NCBI GenBank assembly: GCA_903844895.1
Contig: CAIMVM010000153.1
Location: forward strand, 1,226-65,225
Direction: 5' to 3'
DNA: 64,000 nucleotides
From: an uncultured Pseudomonadota bacterium
GTDB lineage: Bacteria; Bdellovibrionota_B; Oligoflexia; Oligoflexales; CAIMVM01
The position numbers and the translations under genes were made by a program. The notes under the pieces are model-generated. The model ran no database searches. It was not told the origin of the DNA and saw only the letters and a program-made list of their open reading frames with translations. This document shows positions 9,404-19,177 of this stretch, one piece after another; within the stretch, counting starts at the first letter, position 1, and each line of letters starts with the position of its first letter.

Positions 9404-10738
9404 CTAGCCTTTCGACTTGGGTGGTGAAAACATTTTGAAGCCCTTTAGGTAGCTGAAAGCAGTCTTTAGTTCAGTATCTTCTTTCATGGCTTCAGGCCAA
9501 TTTTTAATTTCTCCAGTGATTCCAGAATCCTTGGCAAGTTCTGAAAGATCTCCTGCAGATATATGCCCCTCCAGGTCTGATTCTTTTCTGCGTTTTGTTG
9601 GTTTTCCGTCTTTAGGAGTTCGATCTTGAGACGCCCGATCCGAATCTGCATCCATGGGATGCGCATCAACGGCTATGTCCGGTGTGATTCCTATGGCTTG
9701 AATACTGCGCTCGAGAGGTGTGTAGTATCGGGCAATCGTTAATTTCAGTCCGGAACCATTGGGAAGGGAAATCAACGTTTGAACAGATCCCTTTCCAAAG
9801 GTTTTAGAGCCCATAATTAAGGCCCTTTTATGATCTTGAAGGGCGCCTGCGACGATTTCAGATGCGCTTGCAGAGCCGCTGTTTACTAGCACGACGATAG
9901 GAAAATTGGGGTATGTTCCATTTTTGTGGGCGAATTCACGTTCGACTTTTTTAGGGTCTCTGCCGACTGTAGAGACGATCACACCACTTTCTAGGAACAG
10001 ATCACTTACCTTGACTGCTTGATCTAAGAGGCCGCCGGGATTGTCTCGAAGATCTAAAACCAGGCCATCTATTTGTTTGAATCCATTGAGTATTTTTTCA
10101 AGATTCTCACTAGAATCCTCTTGGAAGCTAGAAATTCTAGCATACCCGATGGTATCGGAAAGCAACTGACCGCGGGTTGAAGCTACTTTGATGAACTTTC
10201 TTACAAGTTTAAACTGTAAGTCTTTAGGTTCGTTTGCTCTTTTAATTGTAAGTAAAAGTGTAGTGCCTACCTCGCCTTTCATACGATCTAGGGCCTCTTC
10301 ACCGTTTATGTCTTCAATTTTCTTTCCATCGATTGCAGTAATGATATCTCCAGAGCGGATTCCAGCTTCCCAGGCAGGAGAGCCTTCCATGGGAGCAATG
10401 ATTTTAATTTTATTTTTTTCATAGGAGACAATCACGCCCACGCCGCCAAATTTTCCTTGGGTATCTAAGCTAAGCTGCTCATAAGCCTTTTTAGGCATGA
10501 TTGTGGTGTGAGGGTCAAGGCTACCAGTAACTCCCTTAAGAGCTTTTTGCACAAGGAAGTCAGGATTCACGGCCTTAGGATCTACATACATGGATTCAAT
10601 AAAATAGAGCCCACGTGCCAACGACTCCAGTGCTTTATAGCGATCTTCAATTTGTAATGGCGCCTCTGCCGCGCGACCCATTCCTGAAATGCATGTCCAG
10701 GAAAGGGCTGAAGCTACAAAGAAGGTTCGTTTGTTCAT
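9404..10738 (-). CDS. carboxy-terminal processing protease (S41, CtpA-like) with a PDZ domain
   Basis: It has DLRDNPGGLL, GSASASEIVAGAL (Ser nucleophile) and TFGKGSVQ (Lys) motifs. The start is set at ATG 10738 (MNKRTFF signal peptide, GGAG RBS). Confidence 0.85.
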   Translation of the reverse strand: MNKRTFFVASALSWTCISGMGRAAEAPLQIEDRYKALESLARGLYFIESMYVDPKAVNPDFLVQKALKGVTGSLDPHTTIMPKKAYEQLSLDTQGKFGGVGVIVSYEKNKIKIIAPMEGSPAWEAGIRSGDIITAIDGKKIEDINGEEALDRMKGEVGTTLLLTIKRANEPKDLQFKLVRKFIKVASTRGQLLSDTIGYARISSFQEDSSENLEKILNGFKQIDGLVLDLRDNPGGLLDQAVKVSDLFLESGVIVSTVGRDPKKVEREFAHKNGTYPNFPIVVLVNSGSASASEIVAGALQDHKRALIMGSKTFGKGSVQTLISLPNGSGLKLTIARYYTPLERSIQAIGITPDIAVDAHPMDADSDRASQDRTPKDGKPTKRRKESDLEGHISAGDLSELAKDSGITGEIKNWPEAMKEDTELKTAFSYLKGFKMFSPPKSKG

Positions 10739-10802
10739 AGAAACTCCACGTTTTATTACTCGAAATAGCCCGCACCTTCGTATCGCCAAAGCCCTAATTG
10801 CA

Positions 10803-11672
10803 TTAGCCACCCTTTGGTGTCCCATGTTTTTCCCTAGTTGCCTGTTTCTGGCCCAAAGCCTCGGCCCTCTTCCTAAGTTGTAAGGCGAGCGTTCTATTCT
10901 CTGGCAGAAGATCGCTTCCTTTCAGGTAGATATCGACCAGATTTATGGCCTCTTGGTGCTTATTTTTCATAATCAATTGCTGAAAGAGTAAATTTATCGG
11001 TTCATAACATGCAGGGCAAATCAGAGCCGCATTTTTATACACCAATGTGGCATTGGCTTGATTGCCTGTCTTTTCATACACCCGGCCAAGAAGATTCATG
11101 GCGGGAAAATAGGTAGGATTTAACGAAAGGGCCTTTTTGTATTGGGAGATAGCGAGATTAAATTTACCTTTCTTTTCATAAATAAGGCCCAAATTTTGGA
11201 GAATCCTTTCAGGGAAGCTGTAGGTAGCGTCTTGGCTCAGTTTTAATAGCAGTTTTTCTGCCGCGTCTAGTTTTTCGTTTACAATCATAATTCCAGCTAG
11301 AGTGACACCCATAGCCGTGGAGTTTTCGAGATTGTAGGCCTTGGTTTGCAGAGTTAAGGCCTGCTTATAGTTACTTAGGGCAAGATGAGCAATGGCGTTC
11401 ATGGTCAAAACATCGGGAGAATCGGGCTGCTCTATTAGCAGCGCCCTTAGGTCACTTAGCGCTGTTGCTGCTTGCCCGCGGTCGATGAGGTCGGCAGAAA
11501 TACTAATTCGCGTCTTCAGAGCTAGATTGTTTTTTTCTTCGCTGTCAGATTGTGATTGAAAAGATTGACATGCTATAAAACCAAGGGATAATGTAAGGAT
11601 GGATAAGATTCGGGTACTTTTCGTGATAGTACTTATTTTACAAATCGAGCTGAAATACATCAGACACTCCAT
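10803..11672 (-). CDS. TPR-repeat lipoprotein
   Basis: It has a lipobox (LGFIAC) and multiple TPR-like A..Y....L repeats. Confidence 0.65.
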   Translation of the reverse strand: MECLMYFSSICKISTITKSTRILSILTLSLGFIACQSFQSQSDSEEKNNLALKTRISISADLIDRGQAATALSDLRALLIEQPDSPDVLTMNAIAHLALSNYKQALTLQTKAYNLENSTAMGVTLAGIMIVNEKLDAAEKLLLKLSQDATYSFPERILQNLGLIYEKKGKFNLAISQYKKALSLNPTYFPAMNLLGRVYEKTGNQANATLVYKNAALICPACYEPINLLFQQLIMKNKHQEAINLVDIYLKGSDLLPENRTLALQLRKRAEALGQKQATREKHGTPKGG

Positions 11673-11742
11673 ACAGCAGGTATACTGGCTTTAATTAAGT
11701 ATTATACAAGATTACAATAAAAAAGGTGAGTTGGGAGCAGTA

Positions 11743-13158
11743 ATGAATAGTATGTCTAAAGATCAAATCGTTGAAAGCTTAAATACTATTGAAAATTTGC
11801 CCCTGGAGGCGCGAAAAGCGGAGTTTTCGCGACTTTTTAGATCTGCCTGCGAGCTGGCTGAGTCGACTCCAGCTGAGATTGCCCATCTCACACGGATCAA
11901 TCCTGAGTTTGTCATGGGACTCTATGAAGGCAACCTTGATGGCCTGCCCAGTGAGGTATTTGTCAGGGGATTTTTAAAGAGCATTTCGCGCCAATTGAAA
12001 ATGCCACAGGACGTTTTCGTAAACGCGTATTCAAGAACTTTAAGAAACCATGGATGCGACATGGGTCGCAAGGGGCATGAAGACGTCGAGGTACGAAAGT
12101 CGGCATCCGGGAGAAAATCTGCTGACAGGCAGGAAGTTTCAAAAATGGCACAAAAAAATATTGATAGACATGAAAGTATCGAAAATAAATCCTCAAATTG
12201 GAACTTTGGCGATCAAGAAGTGGTGAAGCCGCACTTTATGGAGTCCCCTCAAGTGCCTACGAGACCAGCTTTAGACCCTATCACAAAAGACTCTCATGGG
12301 GAGAAAACCAGTGCGGGGACCAAGCTTCAGGATTTTCCTGAAACTCGAAATTCTGTGTCCAGAACCGCCGAAGAAATTCAAGTTGCGGATGCCTATAGCC
12401 AAATACCTGGTTTTAGGGCGGCGGCTGAAGGCGTGTCTGCGGATGCTACAAGACAGGGAGCTGAAGCTGAATTGCCTTCTAAGTCTGCGGAACTTGACAA
12501 TAAGTTGATGTTAGAGACCGCAAGTAAGCAGCAGCCTAAAAAAGAAAAGACGCCAAGAGAGCCTGCCATTAAAGCCCAAGCCAGCAAGGAACATTTAACT
12601 CCGCCGCCTAAATTTGCATTTTCTAAGCTTTGGGCGATCGTGGGTGGGGCCGCCGTTGTGTTGGCGGCTGCGCTTTGGCCGAGAGAGAGGGCTCCTAATG
12701 GAACTGTGATCGAAGAGCCCATAATGTCTCCCAAGGCGGAAGAGATTCTTGGTTCAAGCGAGCCGCAGGTTTTAGAGGCTGCTGCTTTGCCTGAATCTGA
12801 GGCAGTGGTAGAGAAAGCTGTGGAGCGCGAGCCCACCAGCGCAATCCCGATAGTTCCTGTCAGTCCGGTGGTAAAAGGGACGCTGGCGATTCCAGAGGGT
12901 AAGCAAGTAATTGAAATAACAGCCAAAGAAGACGTAAAGATCCGAGCCTTTATTGATGGCCAGACTCTTGAAGTCGATACATTAAGTCCTGCGACTCATT
13001 CCTATTCGTTTGAAACCAATGCAGAGTTTTTTATCTACGATGCAGCAGCGGTAGACGTGACATTTAATGGCAGGGATTTGGGGTCCTTAGGCAGCAAGGG
13101 CAAACTTAGAAGACTTAGTTTTACGAAGCGCCTAAAAGACAATAAAATATCCAATTAG
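11743..13158 (+). CDS. rodZ: RodZ-like cytoskeleton protein (HTH, long linker, TM segment, DUF4115-like C-terminus)
   Basis: It has an N-terminal HTH region, a TM segment (LWAIVGGAAVVLAAALW) and a C-terminal beta domain (VKIRAFIDGQ...VTFNGRDLG). The start is uncertain (11731 TTG or 11743 ATG). Confidence 0.65.
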   Translation: MNSMSKDQIVESLNTIENLPLEARKAEFSRLFRSACELAESTPAEIAHLTRINPEFVMGLYEGNLDGLPSEVFVRGFLKSISRQLKMPQDVFVNAYSRTLRNHGCDMGRKGHEDVEVRKSASGRKSADRQEVSKMAQKNIDRHESIENKSSNWNFGDQEVVKPHFMESPQVPTRPALDPITKDSHGEKTSAGTKLQDFPETRNSVSRTAEEIQVADAYSQIPGFRAAAEGVSADATRQGAEAELPSKSAELDNKLMLETASKQQPKKEKTPREPAIKAQASKEHLTPPPKFAFSKLWAIVGGAAVVLAAALWPRERAPNGTVIEEPIMSPKAEEILGSSEPQVLEAAALPESEAVVEKAVEREPTSAIPIVPVSPVVKGTLAIPEGKQVIEITAKEDVKIRAFIDGQTLEVDTLSPATHSYSFETNAEFFIYDAAAVDVTFNGRDLGSLGSKGKLRRLSFTKRLKDNKISN

Positions 13159-13425
13159 TCTCGATAAATAGATGAAAAGCCCAGACGGACTTGAGCCCTT
13201 TTTTAGCAACTTTTTTTGTGTCAGACTCAGGATTATTTAAAGGTCATCCGAAGCATTATTTAGAAGCAAATTGCTTCTACGGCCTGGGGTCTAGTTCTAC
13301 TAGATGCATGACGAAGGATAGTGTGAGGAGCTATTAAGGCTCCAAATGATCAGGAGGATCATTTTATGGATTGCAAACCCTGGCCGTTTTTGCCTTTATA
13401 AGTAAATGGGTGAAAAACATAATTG

Positions 13426-13455
13426 ACGAGAGGCATTGTCCTCTCGTGTTTTTTT
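13426..13455 (+). terminator. rho-independent terminator-like hairpin 31 nt upstream of the panC start
   Basis: ACGAGAGG-CATTGT-CCTCTCGT forms a perfect 8-bp stem and is followed by GTTTTTTT. Confidence 0.55.
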
Positions 13456-13486
13456 CTGTAGATGTATACACTTACCCAGAGTGGAG

Positions 13487-14350
13487 ATGACGTTGTCACT
13501 GCCCCGCACCATAATTAGTCTAAATGAAATGTTATCCGTATCGAGAGATTGGAAAAAAGCTGGCGAAACTATAGCCTTTATTCCCACCATGGGAGCGCTC
13601 CATGAAGGGCATTTGGCTTTGATGCAATATGCAGAGTCCCTAGCCAGCAAGGTAGTTGTAAGTATTTTTGTCAATCCTAGCCAGTTTGGCCCCAATGAAG
13701 ACTTTTCAAAATATCCAAGAACGTTACGAGATGACCTTGAAAAGATAAAACATCTTAAAATTGACGCTGTCTTTACCCCCAATGCTTCTGAAATGTATCC
13801 TCCGGATTTTCAGACTTGGGTAGATAATTCGATGATGTCCTTAGATTTCTGCGGCCCCTTTAGGCCCCAGCATTTTAGAGGAGTTGCAACGATCGTTTTA
13901 AAGCTTTTTCATTTAGTCGATTGTGATCACGCGATTTTTGGAAAAAAAGATTATCAGCAGGTAAAAATAATTGAGCAAATGGTTCGCGATCTCAATATGC
14001 CCATAAAGATTCATCCCATGGAAACCATTAGGGAGGAAGATGGATTGGCGCTTTCGAGTCGAAACAGGTATTTAGATGAGTCTTCAAGGCACGTTAGTTT
14101 GGCCTTGCCCGTTGCATTAAACGTTGCGTTCGATATGTTTCAGTCAGGCGTGCGAAGTCGAAGCGAAATAGAAAATGCCTTTGCCGAGGAAATCGCAAGA
14201 TATCCGGAAATTCAGCTTGAATATGGCAAAGTAGCCAATCAATCCGACTTAAGGCGGGACGGGGATGAAATTACAGAAGCTTCTGTTTTTTTAGCAGCCG
14301 TGAGAGTTGGTGGCGTTCGCTTGATAGACAATCTCGAATTGGGGCAGTGA
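13487..14350 (+). CDS. panC: pantoate--beta-alanine ligase
   Basis: It has PTMGALHEGHLALM and FGKKDYQQ motifs. The start is moved to ATG 13487 (GTGGAG RBS) because the track start 13436 lies inside the terminator hairpin. Confidence 0.9.
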   Translation: MTLSLPRTIISLNEMLSVSRDWKKAGETIAFIPTMGALHEGHLALMQYAESLASKVVVSIFVNPSQFGPNEDFSKYPRTLRDDLEKIKHLKIDAVFTPNASEMYPPDFQTWVDNSMMSLDFCGPFRPQHFRGVATIVLKLFHLVDCDHAIFGKKDYQQVKIIEQMVRDLNMPIKIHPMETIREEDGLALSSRNRYLDESSRHVSLALPVALNVAFDMFQSGVRSRSEIENAFAEEIARYPEIQLEYGKVANQSDLRRDGDEITEASVFLAAVRVGGVRLIDNLELGQ

Positions 14351-14354
14351 CGCG

Positions 14355-16799
14355 ATGTGGATATTAAATATACTCTTACGTTTTTCTTGGCTTTTTAGAC
14401 CACTTCTCTACCTATTAGTTAGAAGCCGAGCGGTCCCCGAAGATTTTGAAGCAGATCGCAGCAAAAGCACCCTCTATGTACTGCGAACAAGGTCCTTTTC
14501 AGATTGGCTAGTGTTAGACTATCACTGTAAAAAAATGCATCTCCCCCGTCCTTATGCAGATTTAAACGCATTGTTTGGCGGTGAGAGATCCACATTTGTC
14601 TATTTAAGCAAGGTCGGAATTTTATCTACAAAAAGAGGTAAAACCATACGTTCAGCTATGGAAACGGTTGTGGAATTAGCCTCTAGGCACCAAGTGGATG
14701 TTAATGTCATCCCCGTTTCTATTTTTTGGGGACGGGATCCAGGGAGCGAGCAAACTTCTTGGATAAAACTGCTTTTTTTAGACACGCAACATGGAGGAGT
14801 TTGGCAGAAGTTTTGTGCCATTTTGATTCATGGACGCAGTGTATTTTGCAACTTCGGGCGCCCCATGCAGCTAAATTCACTTCTTGGAGAAGGACAAGGC
14901 GTTGAGCAGACCACTCGTAAGCTTAACCGTAATCTTAGAGTGTTTTTCCATCAGCAAGCCATAGTCTCCCTCGGTCCACTTATGTATGATCGAAAGCAAG
15001 TATTAAACGCGGTCGTTAAGGGGCCGAAGGTACAGGCTGCTATCGATGACTTACTTGCCAAAAAAGGACAGAATAGAGAAAAATACGAAAAACAGGCTCT
15101 AAAGTGCGCGGGAGAAATTGCGTCCCACATGACCCATCCTGCTATTCTTGTTTATGAAAAATTGCTCCATTTGCTTTGGAGCAAACTATACAAAAGGGTA
15201 GAGATTAAAGGCGAAAAGAATCTAGCTGATTTAGGCAGCGATCACTCTATAGTATATGTCCCCAATCACCGATCTCACATGGATTATCTATTAATTTGTT
15301 ATGTTCTTTTTAATTTAGGTTATATGTCACCCCATACGGCGGCAGGCATTAATTTAAATTTTTTCCCCGTAGGCTTTGCCCTACGTCGAGGGGGAGCTTT
15401 TTTTATGCGCCGCTCCTTTAAGGGCGATAGACTCTATGCGGCGGTTTTTTCTGAATATGTCCATTATTTGTTGACTAAAGGCTATCCTATAAATTTCTTT
15501 CCCGAAGGCGGTAGGTCTCGAACTGGGCGCCTTCTATCACCCAAGACGGGAATGTATTCGATGGTTTTTGAAAGTCAGCTGCGCAATAAAGACCGGCCGG
15601 TTGTCATTGTTCCTATCTCAATTAATTATGACAAGATCGTAGAGGGAAAAACTTACGAAAAAGAGTTGAGTGGGGGAGATAAGCAAAGTGAATCAGTTTT
15701 CACGATTCTGGAAAATCTTAAAATATTAAGAGAATCCTTCGGTAAAGTATATGTTTCTGTGGGTACCCCCTTAGTACTCGGTGACTTTCTCAACGACAAG
15801 GTTCCAGATTGGCGCAGCATTGATGAAGTTAAAAGTGGAGGTCTTTCTAGGGCGGTAACAGAGATCGCGCAGGAAATGATGGTTCGAGTCAATCAAGCAA
15901 GTGTGCTAAGCCCCACTTCCCTACTGGCAGCAATTATTTTAGCCTCGCAAAATAAAGCGATACCGCGAGATGAACTTGGGATTGTCTATGAAAGATTTTG
16001 GAAGCTTCTAGAAAAGTTTTCCTATGATCCTGGCACTACGTTTGATCATTTAGAATTTCCTCTAGCATTAGACGAAGCAACAAAGCTCCTCGGGCTTAAG
16101 AATTTTAAGAATATTGCTGGCGATATCATTTATATTGAGCAAAAAGGATCCGTAAAGTTTTCCTACTATCGAAACTGTATTTTGCACCTTGTGGCAATCC
16201 CTGGAGCTATAGCTCAAATGTTCCAAAACCGTGATGTTCTAAGTACATCTGAAATCAAGCAAGCGGTAAAAGCTGTATATCCTTGGTTGAAGCGCGAGCT
16301 TTTTCTCAAGTGGAATCTGTCTGAGATAGAACTGATTACGGGACTTTATATCGATGGCCTGGTTGAGAATGGCCTTTTAGATCGGATCAACGAACACGAA
16401 ATAAGAAAGCCCCACTATTCAGAGCAAGGATATTCCGATTTGACGATTCTAGCCCACATGATTTCTAGTCAGCTTCAACTTTATGGCATAGGGGTTGAGC
16501 TGTTGGCAGATTTAAATGCACGTGGAACCCCAGTAGGCCGCGATCATGTAGAAAGCGTTTTAAAGACACTGATGGAGCGAACCGCCATTATTCAAGGTGA
16601 TAACTTGGTTAACTTGACTCTTAAAGAATATCTACCGGGTGTTTATGGAGAGCTTAGAGATCAAGGGGTGCTGGTTTTGCAAGAAGATGGCTCCTTTAAG
16701 GTAGGACCAGAGCTGGAACCGATACGACAAAGCTTAGCCTCATTTATTCCCATACAGCTCAAAAGGTCCATTTTAGGCTCAAAAAAGGACTGGACATGA
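14355..16799 (+). CDS. plsB: glycerol-3-phosphate acyltransferase PlsB
   Basis: 814 aa with the acyltransferase motifs VPNHRSHMDYLL, FFMRRSF and FPEGGRSRTG. Confidence 0.85.
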   Translation: MWILNILLRFSWLFRPLLYLLVRSRAVPEDFEADRSKSTLYVLRTRSFSDWLVLDYHCKKMHLPRPYADLNALFGGERSTFVYLSKVGILSTKRGKTIRSAMETVVELASRHQVDVNVIPVSIFWGRDPGSEQTSWIKLLFLDTQHGGVWQKFCAILIHGRSVFCNFGRPMQLNSLLGEGQGVEQTTRKLNRNLRVFFHQQAIVSLGPLMYDRKQVLNAVVKGPKVQAAIDDLLAKKGQNREKYEKQALKCAGEIASHMTHPAILVYEKLLHLLWSKLYKRVEIKGEKNLADLGSDHSIVYVPNHRSHMDYLLICYVLFNLGYMSPHTAAGINLNFFPVGFALRRGGAFFMRRSFKGDRLYAAVFSEYVHYLLTKGYPINFFPEGGRSRTGRLLSPKTGMYSMVFESQLRNKDRPVVIVPISINYDKIVEGKTYEKELSGGDKQSESVFTILENLKILRESFGKVYVSVGTPLVLGDFLNDKVPDWRSIDEVKSGGLSRAVTEIAQEMMVRVNQASVLSPTSLLAAIILASQNKAIPRDELGIVYERFWKLLEKFSYDPGTTFDHLEFPLALDEATKLLGLKNFKNIAGDIIYIEQKGSVKFSYYRNCILHLVAIPGAIAQMFQNRDVLSTSEIKQAVKAVYPWLKRELFLKWNLSEIELITGLYIDGLVENGLLDRINEHEIRKPHYSEQGYSDLTILAHMISSQLQLYGIGVELLADLNARGTPVGRDHVESVLKTLMERTAIIQGDNLVNLTLKEYLPGVYGELRDQGVLVLQEDGSFKVGPELEPIRQSLASFIPIQLKRSILGSKKDWT

Positions 16800-18010
16800 A
16801 AAAAGGCCGCTGGTGGGAAGACGACCAAGAACTGGATCGAATTGATAAAGTAGAAAAGATAAGGCGCGCTAAGGGCGGTAAGTCATCTAAGAATGCTCAG
16901 TTAGAGGACTCGTTTATATTGAGCCTAAAGGACGCTCAGACTTTTGTTAAAAAAAACGAAGGCTATTTTACTGCCCGAATTGTAGAAGTTCATAAAAAAT
17001 TCTGCTTCCTTTCTCCTGACAATTTAAAGGGGAAAATTGACACTCGCGATGTATGGCTGGGTACTATTGCAAAAAGATATCTTCAAGCCCTGCGCACAGA
17101 GCGTAATTTTATAGCGGTTGGTGATATTGTTGTATGCAGATCTGATGTGCCTGAGGTCTCAAATCCGAGTGATGATTTGCCCCAGGGGGTTGTGGAATAT
17201 TTGGTCGAGCGCAGCAATAAAATTGCACGCCGAGACCCACTCAATCCAGAAATTACGCACGTATTGGCCAGTAATTTGGATCAGCTGGTAATTGTCGCAT
17301 CAGTTCTAGATCCCAAGGTAAAGTGGGGACTTATTGATCGTTATCTTACTCTAGCTGAGTCAGAGGGCATGGATGCTGTAATTGTAATGACAAAGAAAGA
17401 CCTACTAGCAGGCGAGGCCATGGCTGAATATCGTAAAGAGATAGAAGCGTACATGGAAATATATAGAAAAATAGGTTACCGCGTGTTCCTTATTCAATCT
17501 AACTTGTCTAAGGACGAGGCTCCAGCACAGGCCAAAGAAATCCAGAAATTATTCAAAGGAAAAATATCTTTAGTGTCGGGACACTCTGGGGTTGGTAAAA
17601 GTTCCATTGCAAACCTATTGGAGCCTGAAATTGAACAGGATGTCGAAGATCAGGATATTCTTTATAAGGGGCGGCACACGACAAGTTATGCTAGTCTCAT
17701 TCGATTTGGACGAGGCGGGTATGTTGTGGATACCCCTGGGATAAGGAGCTTTTGTATTGACAAGCGCTCTCCACCTGAGCTGCAATATTGCTTTCGTGAA
17801 TTGCGGCCCCTTATTGGAAAATGCAAATACCGTGAATGTAAGCACCTGCAAGAGCCTCAGTGCGCCGTAAAAGATGCCTTGGAAAGAGGCGAAATTACAG
17901 AATGGCGTTATAGGTCCTTTCTTGGTATTTTGCTGGGAGCAACTGGCAGAGAAGGCCGGATGCGAGATATTGACTTAGATGTGGAATTAGACACAGATTT
18001 AGAAATTTAG
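16796..18010 (+). CDS. rsgA: ribosome small-subunit-dependent GTPase RsgA (with N- and C-terminal extensions)
   Basis: It has circularly permuted GTPase motifs (MTKKDL, GHSGVGKSS, DTPG) and the zinc motif CKYRECKHLQEPQC. Confidence 0.85.
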   Translation: MKKGRWWEDDQELDRIDKVEKIRRAKGGKSSKNAQLEDSFILSLKDAQTFVKKNEGYFTARIVEVHKKFCFLSPDNLKGKIDTRDVWLGTIAKRYLQALRTERNFIAVGDIVVCRSDVPEVSNPSDDLPQGVVEYLVERSNKIARRDPLNPEITHVLASNLDQLVIVASVLDPKVKWGLIDRYLTLAESEGMDAVIVMTKKDLLAGEAMAEYRKEIEAYMEIYRKIGYRVFLIQSNLSKDEAPAQAKEIQKLFKGKISLVSGHSGVGKSSIANLLEPEIEQDVEDQDILYKGRHTTSYASLIRFGRGGYVVDTPGIRSFCIDKRSPPELQYCFRELRPLIGKCKYRECKHLQEPQCAVKDALERGEITEWRYRSFLGILLGATGREGRMRDIDLDVELDTDLEI

Positions 18011-18019
18011 GAGCCTGAC

Positions 18020-19177
18020 ATGTATTCCTACCAAGAGAGTGACGAACTAACCATGCTGCGCCAGAGCATCCGCCAATTTGCAGAATCAGAAATAGTTCCA
18101 GTAGCTGGGGCTTTAGATGAAAAAGAAGAATTTTCCGTACCGATTACTCAAAAAATGGGGGCCCTTGGCCTCATGGGGACGGTTGTTGATCCTGCTTATG
18201 GTGGTCAAGGGATGGACTATCTTTCGTATATTGTTGCCGTCGAAGAGCTCGCAAGATTTGATGCCTCTCAGGCTGCGACAATCGCAGCCCATAATAGCTT
18301 AGGTGCAGCACCACTCTATTACTTCGGGAATGAAGAGCAAAAAAGAAAGTATCTCCCTAACTTGTGCACGGGCCAAGGATTGTGGGCTTTTGGGCTCACT
18401 GAAGCCGAAGCCGGATCTGACGCACAAGCTTCCAAGACGACGGCTGTATTTGACTCAGCCTCCGGAGAGTGGGTCATCAACGGCTCTAAGATTTGGATTA
18501 CCAATTCAGCATGCTCCTTAACTCAAGGGATAACCGTTCAAGCGGTTACAGGGAAAAAGCAAGATGGGCGACCTGAATTGAGTTGTTTTATAGTCGAAGC
18601 GGGAGCTAAAGGCCTGACCGCTAATGCCATGAAGCATAAAATGATGTGGAGATCCTCGAATACGGGCGAGCTTTACTTTGATAATGTTAGGGTTAAAGCA
18701 AGTAGTATGCTTGGTGAGAGAGGGCAAGGTTTCAAAATTATGATGGAGACCTTAGACAATGGACGCCTTTCTATTGGAGCAATGGGTCTTGGATTGGCAA
18801 AAGGTGCCCTTGACATGACGATCAAGTATGCCAATGAAAGAAAAACATTCGGTAAACCGATCGCTAAACATCAGGCGGTGGCATTTAAATTGGCGGAAAT
18901 GGCAACACGTATTGAAGCTGCAGAGGGTCTTCTCTATAAGGCATGCTGGCTAAAACAAAATGGTTTGGAGTTTCAAAAACTGGCCGCGATGGCTAAGCTA
19001 TACTGTTCAGAGGTCGCAGAATATTGTGCACGCGAGGGACAGCAAACCTTTGGTGGCTATGGGCTTATGAAAGAGTACCCCATTGAAAGATTCTACCGTG
19101 ATGCGGCTTTGTTAAGAATTGGCGAAGGAACCTCAGAAATTCAAAGACTCGTCATCAGTCGGTATATAGGCTGTTAA
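18020..19177 (+). CDS. acyl-CoA dehydrogenase
   Basis: 385 aa with GLTEAEAGSD, ERKTFGKPI and the RIGEGTSEIQR C-terminal signature. Confidence 0.9.
   Translation: MYSYQESDELTMLRQSIRQFAESEIVPVAGALDEKEEFSVPITQKMGALGLMGTVVDPAYGGQGMDYLSYIVAVEELARFDASQAATIAAHNSLGAAPLYYFGNEEQKRKYLPNLCTGQGLWAFGLTEAEAGSDAQASKTTAVFDSASGEWVINGSKIWITNSACSLTQGITVQAVTGKKQDGRPELSCFIVEAGAKGLTANAMKHKMMWRSSNTGELYFDNVRVKASSMLGERGQGFKIMMETLDNGRLSIGAMGLGLAKGALDMTIKYANERKTFGKPIAKHQAVAFKLAEMATRIEAAEGLLYKACWLKQNGLEFQKLAAMAKLYCSEVAEYCAREGQQTFGGYGLMKEYPIERFYRDAALLRIGEGTSEIQRLVISRYIGC

Noticed and set aside
12393-12926. Long antisense or alternative-frame ORFs inside well-supported genes. Examples are 12393..12926, 26248..26721, 28842..29318, 43702..44166, 32545..33060, 2735..3043 and 50363..50710.
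   Set aside because: They are shadow ORFs on the opposite strand or in another frame of genes with clear family motifs. Their products are low-complexity or have biased composition. They have no RBS and no recognisable family.
13436-13486. The track's longer panC start (13436, MSSRVFFCRC...).
   Set aside because: The extension lies within the terminator hairpin and T-run. It lacks an RBS and adds non-homologous residues. ATG 13487 with a GTGGAG RBS gives the normal PanC N-terminus.
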